Assembly: GCA_038523235.1 (NCBI GenBank)
Contig: JBCBJQ010000018.1
Span: forward strand, 19,481 to 83,480
DNA from: Cyanobacteria bacterium J06626_4
GTDB lineage: Bacteria > Cyanobacteriota > Cyanobacteriia > Phormidesmidales > Phormidesmidaceae
Length of the DNA stretch: 64,000 nt
Reading direction: 5' to 3'
In this document: positions 51,015 through 61,820 of the stretch, in pieces
How the letters are laid out: the number at the start of each line of letters is the position of its first letter
Position numbering within the stretch: the first letter of the stretch is position 1
Position numbers and translations under genes: made by a program
Notes under the pieces: generated by a model
Told to the model about the DNA's origin: nothing
Databases searched by the model: none
What the model saw: the letters and a program-made list of their open reading frames with translations, nothing else

Positions 51015-53296
51015 CACCTGACTCGCCTGACCTCAGCAACTTTTCCCTGCTGGATATTTTTTGCCTGGAAGTCGAAACGCAGATGGCCCTGCTCAACGAC
51101 AACCTGCTTGCGATCGAGCGCCAGCCCCAGGCCGACGATGCCACCACGGCCAAACGGCTAGAAGCCCTGATGCGCGGTGCCCACTCGATCAAAGGCGCGG
51201 CCCGCATTGTGGGGCTAGATCTCGCTGTGGGGGTGGCCCATACGATGGAAGACTGCTTTGTCGCGGCCCAAAAAGGCGAACTGTCCATCACTCCCGCTGC
51301 GGTCGATGTGCTGCTCAACGGCGTGGATTGGTTTGCGCAGCTGCAGCAACTTTCTGCTGACGAACTGGCCCCCTGGCTCGACAGTCAGACGGACGAAATC
51401 GTTCAGCTCCAAACAGATATCGCTGCCCTTTTAACCGAGGCTCCTGCCGCTGCGATTCCTGCCTCTTCCTCGCCTACTCCTGCCGCGCTATCCTCGCCGC
51501 TAGCTGTCGTCCCTGCGTCTGCCCCTACTGCCGCCGCCCTGACGTCCCCTCCCGAGACCATTGCGGGCGATCGCACGGTGCGCGTGAGCGTTGACAATCT
51601 CAATCAGCTCATGGCGTTGGCTGGGGAAGCGGTGGTGGAAGCCAACTGGCTGCAGCCGTTTATGGATTCCTTGCTGCAGCTCAAGCAAGACAACCGCCAA
51701 TTACTCCGAGCGCTAGAAACCCTCCAGCAGGAAACTGCTCTACCAGAGGCTGCGGCTCAGCAGTTGCAGGTAATTAGCCAGCAGACGCAAGATAGCCAGC
51801 AGATCCTCGGCGATCGCCTGGGCCATCTCGAACAGTTTTCACGGCGCTTCCATCAGCTTTCCGATAGCCTCTATCGCGAAGTCATTGCTAGCCACATGCG
51901 ACCGTTTGCAGATGGAGTGCAGGGATTCCCGCGCATGGTGCGCGACTTGGCCAAACAGGCGGGCAAGCAGATTCATTTAGATATCGTTGGGGCTACCACC
52001 CAGGTTGATCGCGACATTCTGGACCAGCTAGAAGCACCGCTGACGCATATGCTGCGCAACGCGATCGCCCACGGCATCGAATCCCCAATGGAGCGCCAGG
52101 CGGCAGGCAAACCCGCCGAGGGCCACATTACTATCACAGCGGCCCACCGGGCTGGCATGCTGTCGATCACTGTCAGTGACGACGGCAACGGCATTGATCT
52201 ACAGCAATTGCGGCAATCAGTCGTGCAAAAGGGATTGACCACGGCGGCACTCGCCACCCAACTTAGCGAGACAGAACTGCTGGAATTTCTGTTTTTGCCA
52301 GGATTTTCGACGGCTAGCCAGGTCAATGAAATCGCCGGACGAGGTGTGGGGCTAGACATCGCCAAAAGCATGGTGCAGGCGGTGGGCGGCCTGCTGCGGG
52401 TTTCGTCTAAATGGGGTCAGGGCACTCGCTTCCACTTCCAACTGCCGCTAACGCTGTCCGTGATTCGAGCGTTGCTCGTCGAGATTGCTGGCGAACCCTA
52501 TGCTTTTGGGTTGACTCGCATTGATCAGGTGCTGATGGTGCCACAGGCCGACGTTCAGGTGAGCGAAAATCATCCCTATGTCGTCCTTGATGATGCTAAC
52601 GTCAGCCTGGTCATGGCTCCGCAAGTCCTGGAACTCCCCGAAACGACGGCTCCTCAGCAATCTTGCCTGTCCGTTGTGATTCTGAGCGATCAGACTCACC
52701 GTTATGGTCTCGTCGTTGATCGCTTTTTAGGCGAGCGCGATTTGGTGGTGCGACCGCTTGACCCGCGTCTCGGCAAAGTGCAGGACATCAGCGCCGCCGC
52801 CGTGACTGAAGACGGTTTGCCGCTTTTGATTATCGATGTGGCTGATTTGGTGCGCTCCATCGACCAGCTGGTCTCTGGCGGTCAGTTGCAGTGGAGCCAA
52901 CAGTCAGTTAACGTGACGGCAACCCGACAGCAACGCGTCCTCGTCGTCGACGATTCCATCACGGTGCGCGAAATGGAGCGTAAACTGCTGCAAAATCGAG
53001 GCTATCACGTCGATGTGGCGGTCAATGGGATGGAAGGCTGGAACACGGTGCGAACGGGCGATTACGATCTTGTGATCTCCGATATCGACATGCCCCGCAT
53101 GAACGGCATTGAACTTGTTCGCAAAATCAAGACCCATCCCCAACTCCACACCATCCCCGTTATCATCGTTTCCTATAAAGACCGTCAAGCAGACCAGCTG
53201 GCAGGCTTGGAAGTTGGTGCAGACTATTACTTAACCAAGAGTAGCTTTCACGACAACAGCCTACTGAATGCCGTCACGGATTTGATTGGCGGGTGA
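51011..53296 (+). CDS. Hybrid CheA histidine kinase with receiver (WspE-like)
   Basis: Hpt 'MRGAHSIKGAA', 'HMLRNAIAHGIE', 'GRGVGLD', CheW domain, C-terminal REC 'VLVVDDSITVR'. Confidence 0.95.
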   Translation: MTPDSPDLSNFSLLDIFCLEVETQMALLNDNLLAIERQPQADDATTAKRLEALMRGAHSIKGAARIVGLDLAVGVAHTMEDCFVAAQKGELSITPAAVDVLLNGVDWFAQLQQLSADELAPWLDSQTDEIVQLQTDIAALLTEAPAAAIPASSSPTPAALSSPLAVVPASAPTAAALTSPPETIAGDRTVRVSVDNLNQLMALAGEAVVEANWLQPFMDSLLQLKQDNRQLLRALETLQQETALPEAAAQQLQVISQQTQDSQQILGDRLGHLEQFSRRFHQLSDSLYREVIASHMRPFADGVQGFPRMVRDLAKQAGKQIHLDIVGATTQVDRDILDQLEAPLTHMLRNAIAHGIESPMERQAAGKPAEGHITITAAHRAGMLSITVSDDGNGIDLQQLRQSVVQKGLTTAALATQLSETELLEFLFLPGFSTASQVNEIAGRGVGLDIAKSMVQAVGGLLRVSSKWGQGTRFHFQLPLTLSVIRALLVEIAGEPYAFGLTRIDQVLMVPQADVQVSENHPYVVLDDANVSLVMAPQVLELPETTAPQQSCLSVVILSDQTHRYGLVVDRFLGERDLVVRPLDPRLGKVQDISAAAVTEDGLPLLIIDVADLVRSIDQLVSGGQLQWSQQSVNVTATRQQRVLVVDDSITVREMERKLLQNRGYHVDVAVNGMEGWNTVRTGDYDLVISDIDMPRMNGIELVRKIKTHPQLHTIPVIIVSYKDRQADQLAGLEVGADYYLTKSSFHDNSLLNAVTDLIGG

Positions 53297-53424
53297 GGGT
53301 CGCAGGGGCGGAGATGGCAGGATGACCACAGGGATATTGAAGTAGGGATGTGGCTGTAGAAAAAATACTGCTTACTGACTCAACGGCTCAATCCCCCAGC
53401 CATCTACCCCCTAACCACTGCCCC

Positions 53425-54468
53425 ATGTTCACCCTCGCTATCGTCAACGACACGGAAATCGCCATCGAAGCCTTGCGCCGTGTGATCGCCACCGTCCCTG
53501 ATTATCAGCTGGCCTGGGTGGCTCGCTCCGGCAGTGAAGCGGTTCAACAGTGCGCCGAGCAGCGCCCCGATGTCGTGTTGATGGATATGAACATGCCACA
53601 TCTGGATGGCGTGGCCGCCACTCGTCAAATCATGCAGCGATCGCCCTGCGCTATTTTGATCGTCACTGCTAGCGTCACGATCCACACGGCGAAGGTCTTT
53701 GAAGCGATGGGTCACGGGGCGCTAGACGTGGTGAAAACGCCGCGACTAGGTGTCGGTGATGTTGAAGCGGTGCAAAAACTGCTCAGCAAAATTCGCACTG
53801 TGACTAAGCTGATTCGCCGTACTAACAACGCTGCAACCGCCCAGACCAGCCCTCCCGCCAGGTCAGCTCGCCACTCCGCATCGTCGTTGCCACTTCTTGT
53901 GGCGATCGGGGCGTCAACGGGTGGCCCCAAGGCGTTGAAGACGATTTTCAGTCAGCTGCCGCCGGACTTAAAGGCTGCAATTGTAGTCGTGCAGCATATC
54001 GATGTACAGTTTGCGCCGGGTTTAGTCGAGTGGCTCAACCGCTTTTCGACCCTGCCAGTCGCCCTCGCTCGCCCCGGTAGTGCCCCGACTCCCGGCCAGA
54101 TTCTGGTGGCCGGTACGAACGATCACTTGATTCTGCGACCCAACCGCACGCTGCGCCATACCCGACAACCGGCGACCTATCCCCATCGGCCCTCGGTTGA
54201 TGTCTTTTTCCACAGCGTCGCTCAGCACTGGCTGCGTCCGGGTCTGGGCATCTTGCTCACAGGCATGGGCCGCGATGGTGCAGTGGGGCTTGGTCAGTTG
54301 CGAGCAGCGGACTGGTCGACGATCGTCGAAAGTGCTGAAAGCTGTGTGGTCTACGGAATGCCCCGGGCCGCTGTAGAAGCCAATGCCGCCCGCCGCGTGC
54401 TACCAGTTGAAAAGATGGCCAAGGTGATCGCCTCAGCCGCCCTCGCTGACTCTAGCCATTCTCGATAG
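53425..54468 (+). CDS. CheB methylesterase response regulator (WspF-like)
   Basis: REC plus catalytic motifs 'GASTGGP', 'VQHI', 'LTGMGRDGA', 'VYGMP'. Confidence 0.94.
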   Translation: MFTLAIVNDTEIAIEALRRVIATVPDYQLAWVARSGSEAVQQCAEQRPDVVLMDMNMPHLDGVAATRQIMQRSPCAILIVTASVTIHTAKVFEAMGHGALDVVKTPRLGVGDVEAVQKLLSKIRTVTKLIRRTNNAATAQTSPPARSARHSASSLPLLVAIGASTGGPKALKTIFSQLPPDLKAAIVVVQHIDVQFAPGLVEWLNRFSTLPVALARPGSAPTPGQILVAGTNDHLILRPNRTLRHTRQPATYPHRPSVDVFFHSVAQHWLRPGLGILLTGMGRDGAVGLGQLRAADWSTIVESAESCVVYGMPRAAVEANAARRVLPVEKMAKVIASAALADSSHSR

Positions 54469-55139
54469 CGGACACAACTGGCAAGTTCTGGGGAAAGAAA
54501 ACGACCTAAGCGGCGACGTTCTTGGTTAAATCAGCCTTTTACAAGGAAAATATGAGTAAAGTCTAAGCCGATTCTGAACTACCACCGCGCCCCTTCGCTG
54601 CGCGCGTACAGCAGTGCGATCGCGGAATATGCACCAGCTGGATGAGAAGAACAGCTTTAAGCCACGAGCGTTCGGCAAGTCATGCCGTAATGTGTGATCA
54701 CGGAAAAGTTTGGTTGCCGGTGGAATCCGAAACGGAGAAATCCAGGGGACTTCGCGTAAGGCAAAAGAGTCCTGTGTAAAAACAGATTTTGTTGCCGACT
54801 GACTGCCAACAATCATTTTGTTTTAATAACAGGAAGTTATCAACTATAACAATATCGCAATTCGTGTTGAGCAAGCAAATTTATCTTAATGAAAAATCGG
54901 CAGCTTGAGTAACATTCCAAGTCATATAGAGTAAGTAAATCACCAACTGGGAACCATAACTAATACTTCCATGAATAGCCTCACTGATTTTGGTTCTTTC
55001 TCAGTCCCTTTTGCCCGAAAGTGTCTCCATTACCACCTCACAGGACTTGCTTTGCCCCCTGTCTTTAAAACGAGACGTGAAGGCCGTATGACAGCAACAT
55101 CGACAACTCTGTCACTCCAAATTTTGGCGTTTGTAAGTT

Positions 55140-56555
55140 ATGGATAAGCACCCCATTTCTGGCATCTCTGCCGCTGCCTCTTCGACACAGCCGGCAGCCC
55201 AGGCGGCAACCGAGACTACTCCCTCAGTCACCACACGGCAGATCCCCCAGTCACCAGTAGTCCTCCTGATTGATGACCAACCCATCGTGGCCGAATCGAT
55301 TCGGCGTCTGCTGCTCAGTGAACCGGATATTCATTTTCACTACTGCAGTGATCCACAGCAAGCGATTCCATCTGCCATCAAGATTTCACCCACAGTGATT
55401 CTGCAAGACTTGGTGATGCCTGACACCGATGGCCTCATGCTGGTCAAATTCTTCCGCAATACGCCTGCGACCAAAGACATTCCGGTCATTGTGCTATCCA
55501 ACCGTGATGAAGCCATGATCAAAGCAGAATCATTCTCTCACGGGGCCAATGATTACCTGGTCAAGCTGCCCGACCCGGTTGAGTTGATTGCTCGAGTCCG
55601 GTATCACTCGACCGCGTATTGCAATCTGCTGAAACGTCACGAAGCTGACCTGACATTGGCTTACAATAAAGAACTGGAGCATCGCGTTGAAGCCAGAACG
55701 GCCGAACTCAAACAGGCGCTAGAAAACCTCAAGCAAACGCAAAGTAAACTGATTCATAACGAAAAAATGAGTAGCTTGGGGCAGCTAGTAGCGGGGATTG
55801 CCCACGAGATCAATAATCCCGTTAATTTCATTCACGGTAACGTCGAATTTATTGAAACATACGTCACAGGGCTGTGTGAAATCCTAGAAATATATGAGCA
55901 AAACTTTGACAGCTCTACTTCAGCACTGCTTGACAAGTATGAGGAAATTGATTTTGAGTTTGTTCGAGCCGATCTGCCTAGGGTGATTAAATCTCTAAAA
56001 GTTGGCACAGAACGCATCCAAAACTTAGTGTCAGGCTTGAAGGCGTTTTCTCGATTTGATGAGGCTGAAATCAAACTAGCCGACATCCATCAAGGGATTG
56101 ATAGTACGTTAATGATTCTTGGGCCAAGACTCAAAAACATTAATGTCACTTGTGAATATGATGAACTGCCCAAAATCGAATGCCTGCCGGGGCCGCTCAA
56201 TCAAGTATTCATGAATATCATTGCCAACGCGATTGATGCCGTTGAAACTGTTGATCATCCTTCTATTTCTATTTTTACGAAGGCATCGTCTCACGACTTT
56301 ATCCAAGTAACAGTTGCCGACAATGGAGCTGGCATCTCGAAAGATGCTCAAACTAAGCTCTTTGATGCATTTTTTACGACAAAATCAGTTGGTAAAGGAA
56401 CTGGTTTAGGGCTATCCATTAGTCATCAAATCATTGTCGAAAAGCATGGAGGAAATATCTCCTTTGAGTCCATCGTTGGCCAAGGCACAACTTTCAGAAT
56501 TGAAATTCCAGTTTGCTACAACGATCCGGCTCTACGTCTGGATACTCAAGAATAG
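55140..56555 (+). CDS. WspR-like receiver fused to a histidine kinase (HisKA/HATPase)
   Basis: REC 'FHYCSDP..PTVILQDLVMP..GANDYLVKLPD.VELIARVRYHS'; kinase 'AGIAHEINNP', 'NAIDA', 'DNGAG', 'FFTTK..GKGTGLGL'. Confidence 0.92.
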   Translation: MDKHPISGISAAASSTQPAAQAATETTPSVTTRQIPQSPVVLLIDDQPIVAESIRRLLLSEPDIHFHYCSDPQQAIPSAIKISPTVILQDLVMPDTDGLMLVKFFRNTPATKDIPVIVLSNRDEAMIKAESFSHGANDYLVKLPDPVELIARVRYHSTAYCNLLKRHEADLTLAYNKELEHRVEARTAELKQALENLKQTQSKLIHNEKMSSLGQLVAGIAHEINNPVNFIHGNVEFIETYVTGLCEILEIYEQNFDSSTSALLDKYEEIDFEFVRADLPRVIKSLKVGTERIQNLVSGLKAFSRFDEAEIKLADIHQGIDSTLMILGPRLKNINVTCEYDELPKIECLPGPLNQVFMNIIANAIDAVETVDHPSISIFTKASSHDFIQVTVADNGAGISKDAQTKLFDAFFTTKSVGKGTGLGLSISHQIIVEKHGGNISFESIVGQGTTFRIEIPVCYNDPALRLDTQE

Positions 56556-56891
56556 GGTTGAGACTTCAACAGGGATATCCAATTAAACTAAACGACGCGC
56601 CTTGATGCGAATCATGGCTCGGTAAGGAAAGCCCCTGGTTTCCGGGAAACTTCATATCTTGGCCCAAGCGTCGATAGCGGTTAAACCAGCTCAGGCGCGC
56701 TCGACCTCCAGCGCTTTTTCAGTGAGACCAATGATGCAAGTGATGCATTCTAGGAATTAGCCATGCCCGCTTCCTGAAGCATTGGTGTCACTATCAATCA
56801 GCTATAGACTCGCGAAAGCACTAAACAGCAATGCTTACAGGCGGTATAGCCTTGAGCTATCGGCTCAGCGAGAGCACCCTTAGGAGCCCAC

Positions 56892-57344
56892 TCATTGAGA
56901 TCGTAAATGGGTAACCAGCGCCTGCAATCCCCACCGATAGCTCTCAACACCAAAGCCCGAGATCTGTCCGATCGCGATGGGGGCAATGTAGGAATGATGG
57001 CGGAAGGCTTCACGACGATGAATATTGCTGAGGTGAACTTCTACCGTCGGAATGGCTACAGCCGCGATCGCATCACGAATAGCGACGCTGGTGTGGGTAT
57101 AGGCAGCTGGATTAATCAGTAAGCCATCAAAAACATCAAAAGCGCCTTGAATCTGATCAATCAAGACGCCCTCGTGATTAGACTGTTGCGATGATATCTC
57201 GGCTCCGAGGCTAGCAGCCTCAACTTTTAGCAGAGACTCAATATGATGGAGCGTTTGCTGCCCGTAAATATTGGGTTCACGCTTGCCTAACAGATTTAAG
57301 TTAGGGCCGTGAAGCACTAAAATTTTGAGTAACTCTGAAGACAC
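56892..57344 (-). CDS. aroQ: Type II 3-dehydroquinate dehydratase
   Basis: '[16 protein letters not shown]', 'NPAAYTHTS', 'EVHLSN..RE.FRH.S'. Confidence 0.96.
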   Translation of the reverse strand: MSSELLKILVLHGPNLNLLGKREPNIYGQQTLHHIESLLKVEAASLGAEISSQQSNHEGVLIDQIQGAFDVFDGLLINPAAYTHTSVAIRDAIAAVAIPTVEVHLSNIHRREAFRHHSYIAPIAIGQISGFGVESYRWGLQALVTHLRSQ

Positions 57345-57347
57345 GCT

Positions 57348-57479
57348 TTAGCGAGTGCGACGGTCGTCAACGGGAACAGGAATCGGTTCAGCTTCAGGCT
57401 GAGCTTGAGGACCAAAAAGAGCGTCGGCCAAGCGATTTAACCACTCTTTCAACTTGTCTAAAACCTTTTCGATATCCAT
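57348..57479 (-). CDS. 43-aa small protein (not in ORF track)
   Basis: MDIEKVLDKLKEWLNRLADALFGPQAQPEAEPIPVPVDDRRTR*; GGAGAA upstream; stop 3 nt before the aroQ start. Confidence 0.75.
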   Translation of the reverse strand: MDIEKVLDKLKEWLNRLADALFGPQAQPEAEPIPVPVDDRRTR

Positions 57480-57833
57480 GAAGGCGTTCTCCATTTCAAC
57501 GTTGCGATGCACGCTTTGCGCTTAGGTTACCCCCAGTATAGGGCAAACTCACCCTTTCAACAGGACAGGACCGCGGGCGCATCTCCTCATCATCATAGCC
57601 AATCTCCCCAAATCAACAAGGTTAAGAAAATATTAGGTTTCCTCTATAAACGACATTCCGCACTGCCAACTGGCACACCTGAATATTGACAGCGAAAGCG
57701 TGGGGATCACAGCAATTCACTTTCAGTTTTTTCTCAATGGTTAATCCTTGATGAGAAAAAAACAAGGCTGTTCCAGTGCCCGACAAAGACTTAGTGGCGC
57801 TGTCTCTTATCCAGCGACTCGCCCACACGCGTT

Positions 57834-59222
57834 CTACCACAGTCCTTGAGTACGCGAATACCAGCGCATCAAAACCTTCGCCAGCCGTTGCGGATGGTGA
57901 CGCACCGACCCCTGGGCCGATTCTTCCATCACGTTGGCCAAAATGATGCGCCGTCCTGACACCAGTACCGTCTCGCGATCGAGCAACACCGGGGTGGCGC
58001 CCACCTGGGCATAGCGCTGCTGAGCCAGTTCTGAGGGGGCGCGGCGCTGCACCAGCACAGCATCAAACAGCGGTTTGCCACAGGCTTTATCGATCGCCCG
58101 GATGTGGTCAGAGACGGCATACTGCAGCGTCTCGCCCGGCTCCGTCATGACATTGCAAACGTAGATGCGGGGCACCTTGCGAGCGGCGATCGCGTCAGTG
58201 ATTTCGGGCACCAGCAGGTTAGGAATGATGCTGGTATAGAGGCTGCCGGGGCCAAAGACAATAAAATCGGCCTCTTGGATCGCTTTGATTGCCCGGGGCA
58301 AGGCCGGAGGAGCCGTCGGCGTGCAGCCCACGTTGACGATGTGGCCCGCCGCCGCCGGAATCTTAGATTCGCCTTCAACGCGGCGACCATCACTCAGCTC
58401 GGCCCACAGCTTGACGTCACTCAGGGTGGCGGGCAATACCTGCCCACGCACAGCCAAAACCTTAGAACTGGTCGCGATCGCCTGTTCCAAATCACCGGTG
58501 ATATCGTTCATTGCCGTCAAGAACAAGTTGCCAAAGCTGTGGCCGACCAGACCATCACCCGCCTTAAAGCGATATTGAAACAGTTCTGTCAGCAGCTTTT
58601 CTTCATCCGCCAGCGCCGATAGACAGTTGCGGATATCCCCCGGTGGCAGCACCCCGATTTCTCGGCGCAGCCGTCCCGACGAGCCGCCATCATCAGCCAC
58701 GGTAACAATTGCCGTAATGTTGTAGCTGTATTGCTTTAACCCCCGCAGCAAATTAGAGAGGCCGGTGCCGCCGCCGATGACCACCACCTTGGGGCCACGG
58801 GCGAGGCGACGCTCCTGCATCAGCACGTCGACCAGTTCCGTTTCGTTGCCCGGCAGCAACACCTCGGTAATCGCCCCGAGGGTGCGGGTCTGCCCCCAGA
58901 GAATGAATAAAATACCCAACAGCACCACTAACGGGCCGCTAACATAGCTGGGCACCAGCGTGGTCAGAAATCGCAGCGTCGAGCCCAAAAATTGCCCCGT
59001 GTAGAAGACAGGGGTAAGCTTGAGGGAAATTAGCACCCCAAAGCCGACAATTAAAACGCCTCCCACGCTCAAAAATAGCCAGCGTTTGACCAACAGCCCC
59101 GGAGCGAGCCATTTGACCATGCGGTTGACCCGGGCGGGGGGGGCCGGCGTTAGCCAGGGGGTTTCATGGCGTAAACGCCGCAAAAGCTGGATAAACGATT
59201 TGTTGAGGGCGTTAAAGAACAT
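57834..59222 (-). CDS. yvcK: YvcK/GlmR (CofD-related gluconeogenesis factor) family protein with N-terminal TM helices
   Basis: '[10 protein letters not shown]', '[14 protein letters not shown]', 'PPGDIRNCL', '[13 protein letters not shown]'. Confidence 0.9.
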   Translation of the reverse strand: MFFNALNKSFIQLLRRLRHETPWLTPAPPARVNRMVKWLAPGLLVKRWLFLSVGGVLIVGFGVLISLKLTPVFYTGQFLGSTLRFLTTLVPSYVSGPLVVLLGILFILWGQTRTLGAITEVLLPGNETELVDVLMQERRLARGPKVVVIGGGTGLSNLLRGLKQYSYNITAIVTVADDGGSSGRLRREIGVLPPGDIRNCLSALADEEKLLTELFQYRFKAGDGLVGHSFGNLFLTAMNDITGDLEQAIATSSKVLAVRGQVLPATLSDVKLWAELSDGRRVEGESKIPAAAGHIVNVGCTPTAPPALPRAIKAIQEADFIVFGPGSLYTSIIPNLLVPEITDAIAARKVPRIYVCNVMTEPGETLQYAVSDHIRAIDKACGKPLFDAVLVQRRAPSELAQQRYAQVGATPVLLDRETVLVSGRRIILANVMEESAQGSVRHHPQRLAKVLMRWYSRTQGLW

Positions 59223-59449
59223 TTCCTATAGGTCAGCTCTCATGAAGATTCAGCCGATGACGGGAATTAACCGGAAGAAACTGCGACGCATCATATCTCA
59301 AAGCCAGTATTATCAGTTAACTTAACGGTGTCTATTCAGACTGTTAATCTTTAGCATTAAAAGGTAGGGGTGTGAAGGCGATTGCAGTCAGTTTTCGACC
59401 TGTCCTGCCAGCCCATTCGCCTTAGACTTGACCTGCGCTCATTGTGCCT

Positions 59450-60283
59450 ATGACAGACGCTACCTTTAACGAAAAGCCCGCCGTCACCCTGCCCGACTGT
59501 GACAACGGTATTCCCCTCGTAGACCTTCGGGGGATTGTCAAAACCTTTGGCACTAACCGCGTGCTCGATGGCCTTGACCTCACCATGTATCCCGGTGAGG
59601 CGATCGCGATCATTGGGCCCTCGGGTACGGGCAAGTCGACTATTTTGAGAATTATTGCGGGCCTGCTAGCCCCCGATAACGGCGACATTTATATTGCGGG
59701 TCAGCAGCGCCTCGGGCTGATCGAAGATGCTCAAGATCCCGTTGGCATCGGCATGGTGTTTCAGCAGGCGGCGCTATTTGACTCCCTCACGGTCGAAGAA
59801 AACGTCGGTTTTTTGCTCTATCAACATTCCACGCTGTCAGCACGGCAGATTCACGGCTTGGTGGAAGATGTGCTGGAGATGGTGGGATTACCGGGCATTG
59901 CCCGCCGATATCCGGCAGAACTTTCGGGGGGGATGCGCAAGCGGGTGAGCTTTGCCCGGGCGATTGTCTCCAACCCACAAAACCCGACGGATCGTCCGGC
60001 CCTATTGCTATACGACGAGCCCACGGCAGGCTTAGATCCGATCGCCTCTACAGTCATTGAAGATCTGATTCGCGACATTCAACGGAGTCGGGGCTGCAGC
60101 TCATATCTCATCGTTACCCACCAAGACAGCACCATACGCCGGACGGCGGATCGGGTGATATTCTTGCACCGGGGTCAAATTCAATGGAATGGCACCATTG
60201 CCGACATCGATCAGACTGACAATCCCTTTGTGCGTCAGTTTTTTAGTGGCAATATTGAAGGGCCGATTCAACTGGTTCAATAA
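59450..60283 (+). CDS. ABC ATP-binding protein, MlaF/TGD3-like
   Basis: Walker A 'GPSGTGKS', 'FQQAALFDSL', 'LSGGMRKRVSFARA', 'YDEPTAGLDP'. Confidence 0.92.
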   Translation: MTDATFNEKPAVTLPDCDNGIPLVDLRGIVKTFGTNRVLDGLDLTMYPGEAIAIIGPSGTGKSTILRIIAGLLAPDNGDIYIAGQQRLGLIEDAQDPVGIGMVFQQAALFDSLTVEENVGFLLYQHSTLSARQIHGLVEDVLEMVGLPGIARRYPAELSGGMRKRVSFARAIVSNPQNPTDRPALLLYDEPTAGLDPIASTVIEDLIRDIQRSRGCSSYLIVTHQDSTIRRTADRVIFLHRGQIQWNGTIADIDQTDNPFVRQFFSGNIEGPIQLVQ

Positions 60284-60336
60284 TCGAAGGCGCTACCGAG
60301 CTGAGTCTGTCCTTGCTGTGGTGATGGAGTAGTGAA

Positions 60337-61644
60337 ATGCGGGCGAGAGCAATTCGAGAGGGCTCTGTAGGGCTACTCATTTTGATTGGTGTGGGCCTTT
60401 TTGGCGGTCTGGTGTTGTGGCTGCGGGGCTTAAATCCAGGCAGTCGAAATTACAACATGACGGTGACGTTTGCCGATACGGCAGGCATGCAGGCGGGCAC
60501 TGCCGTTCGCTACCGCGGGGTGCCCGTGGGGCGCGTGGTCAATATTCGCCCCAGCAGTAACGCTGTGGATGTGCTGGTAGAAATCACCCAGGCCGATCTG
60601 CGCATTCCGGCTGAGAATGTTCAGATCGCCGCTAACCAGTCCGGCTTCATTGGTGAAACCACAATTGATATTTCGCCCGCTGAAGAACTGACGGAAGCCG
60701 AACAGGCCGTTAGCCCAACGGCAGCGGATTGCGACGCCGGGGCGATCATTTGTGACGGCGATCGCCTGCCAGGCGTCACTGGCGTGAGCTACGAGTCACT
60801 GCTGCGGTCAGCCGAAACCCTCGCCAATACGCTGGCCGACCCCGTCCTGATTGAAGACCTCAAGAAAACGCTGAACAACGCTGTCTTGTTGACTGAGAAA
60901 ACTACTCAATTGACGGATGAATTGACCCAGCTCACCCTGACGGCCCAGGAGGAAGTGGCGCCCCTCAGTGACTCCATTCAGCAGGCCACCAATACCGCTG
61001 CAGTCGCGGCCCAAGAAATTCAACTCACGGCCACTGACGTGCGCAGCTTGGTGGATGCTAATCGCTTTAACCTAACGACGACGCTAGGCAACATCACCCA
61101 GAGCACCGATCGCCTCACGGTCATTATCGACACCCTTGCAACCGAAGTCGAAAATCCTCAACTGCTGGCCGATTTGCGTACGCTATCGGCCAATGCCGTC
61201 GCGGCCTCAGCCAGCTTTCGCGAGGCGTCTTTAGACGTGCAAACCTTGACCGGCTCGCTTAATCAGCCCGAAAACGTGCTGCTGCTACAGCAAACCTTAG
61301 AATCCGCTCGCGACGTGTTTCAGGGGGCGCAAAAAGTGTTGTCGGATGTGGATGAGCTGACGGGCAACCCAGACATTCGGGAAGATCTGCGGCGGCTGAT
61401 TTTTGGGTTGAGTGATTTGCTGTCAAGCACTGAAATTTTGGAACAGCAGGTGCAACTGGCCAGAGCCCTGACGCCGCTGACGAGCCTAGAGGCATCGGCC
61501 ACGCTAACCGGGCCAGTGCCCACCGCCACCCTCACCCCCGCCGACTACCAGGCCCTACAGCAGCAGATTGAAGCCCTAGCGGCTCTCAATGCGCCCCCTC
61601 CTGCTGCTGCACCAGCCGCTTCCCCGGCGCCGGCGACAGAGTAA
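60337..61644 (+). CDS. MlaD/MCE family protein (TGD2/Ycf22-like)
   Basis: N-terminal TM 'REGSVGLLIL', MCE motif 'G..GTAVRYRGVPVGRV', helical tail. Confidence 0.9.
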   Translation: MRARAIREGSVGLLILIGVGLFGGLVLWLRGLNPGSRNYNMTVTFADTAGMQAGTAVRYRGVPVGRVVNIRPSSNAVDVLVEITQADLRIPAENVQIAANQSGFIGETTIDISPAEELTEAEQAVSPTAADCDAGAIICDGDRLPGVTGVSYESLLRSAETLANTLADPVLIEDLKKTLNNAVLLTEKTTQLTDELTQLTLTAQEEVAPLSDSIQQATNTAAVAAQEIQLTATDVRSLVDANRFNLTTTLGNITQSTDRLTVIIDTLATEVENPQLLADLRTLSANAVAASASFREASLDVQTLTGSLNQPENVLLLQQTLESARDVFQGAQKVLSDVDELTGNPDIREDLRRLIFGLSDLLSSTEILEQQVQLARALTPLTSLEASATLTGPVPTATLTPADYQALQQQIEALAALNAPPPAAAPAASPAPATE

Positions 61645-61820
61645 TTTTTCAGCAACCCAGAGGTGGGGAAATTTTGAGTTTTTCTGCGCTGAGTGTGCAA
61701 TCTTCGCCGTGGCTGAAGCGCACCAGCGGATCATGACCAGAACTTGGCGGGCCTAGCATTACCGGCCGTTTCACACCCTCAGCATGGACTGAAACCACAT
61801 TTACGGCAGACATTGAGCCG

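Noticed and set aside
59450..61644. mlaF/mlaD-like pair lacking a permease gene
   Set aside because: The permease is commonly encoded elsewhere in cyanobacteria, so this is not unusual.
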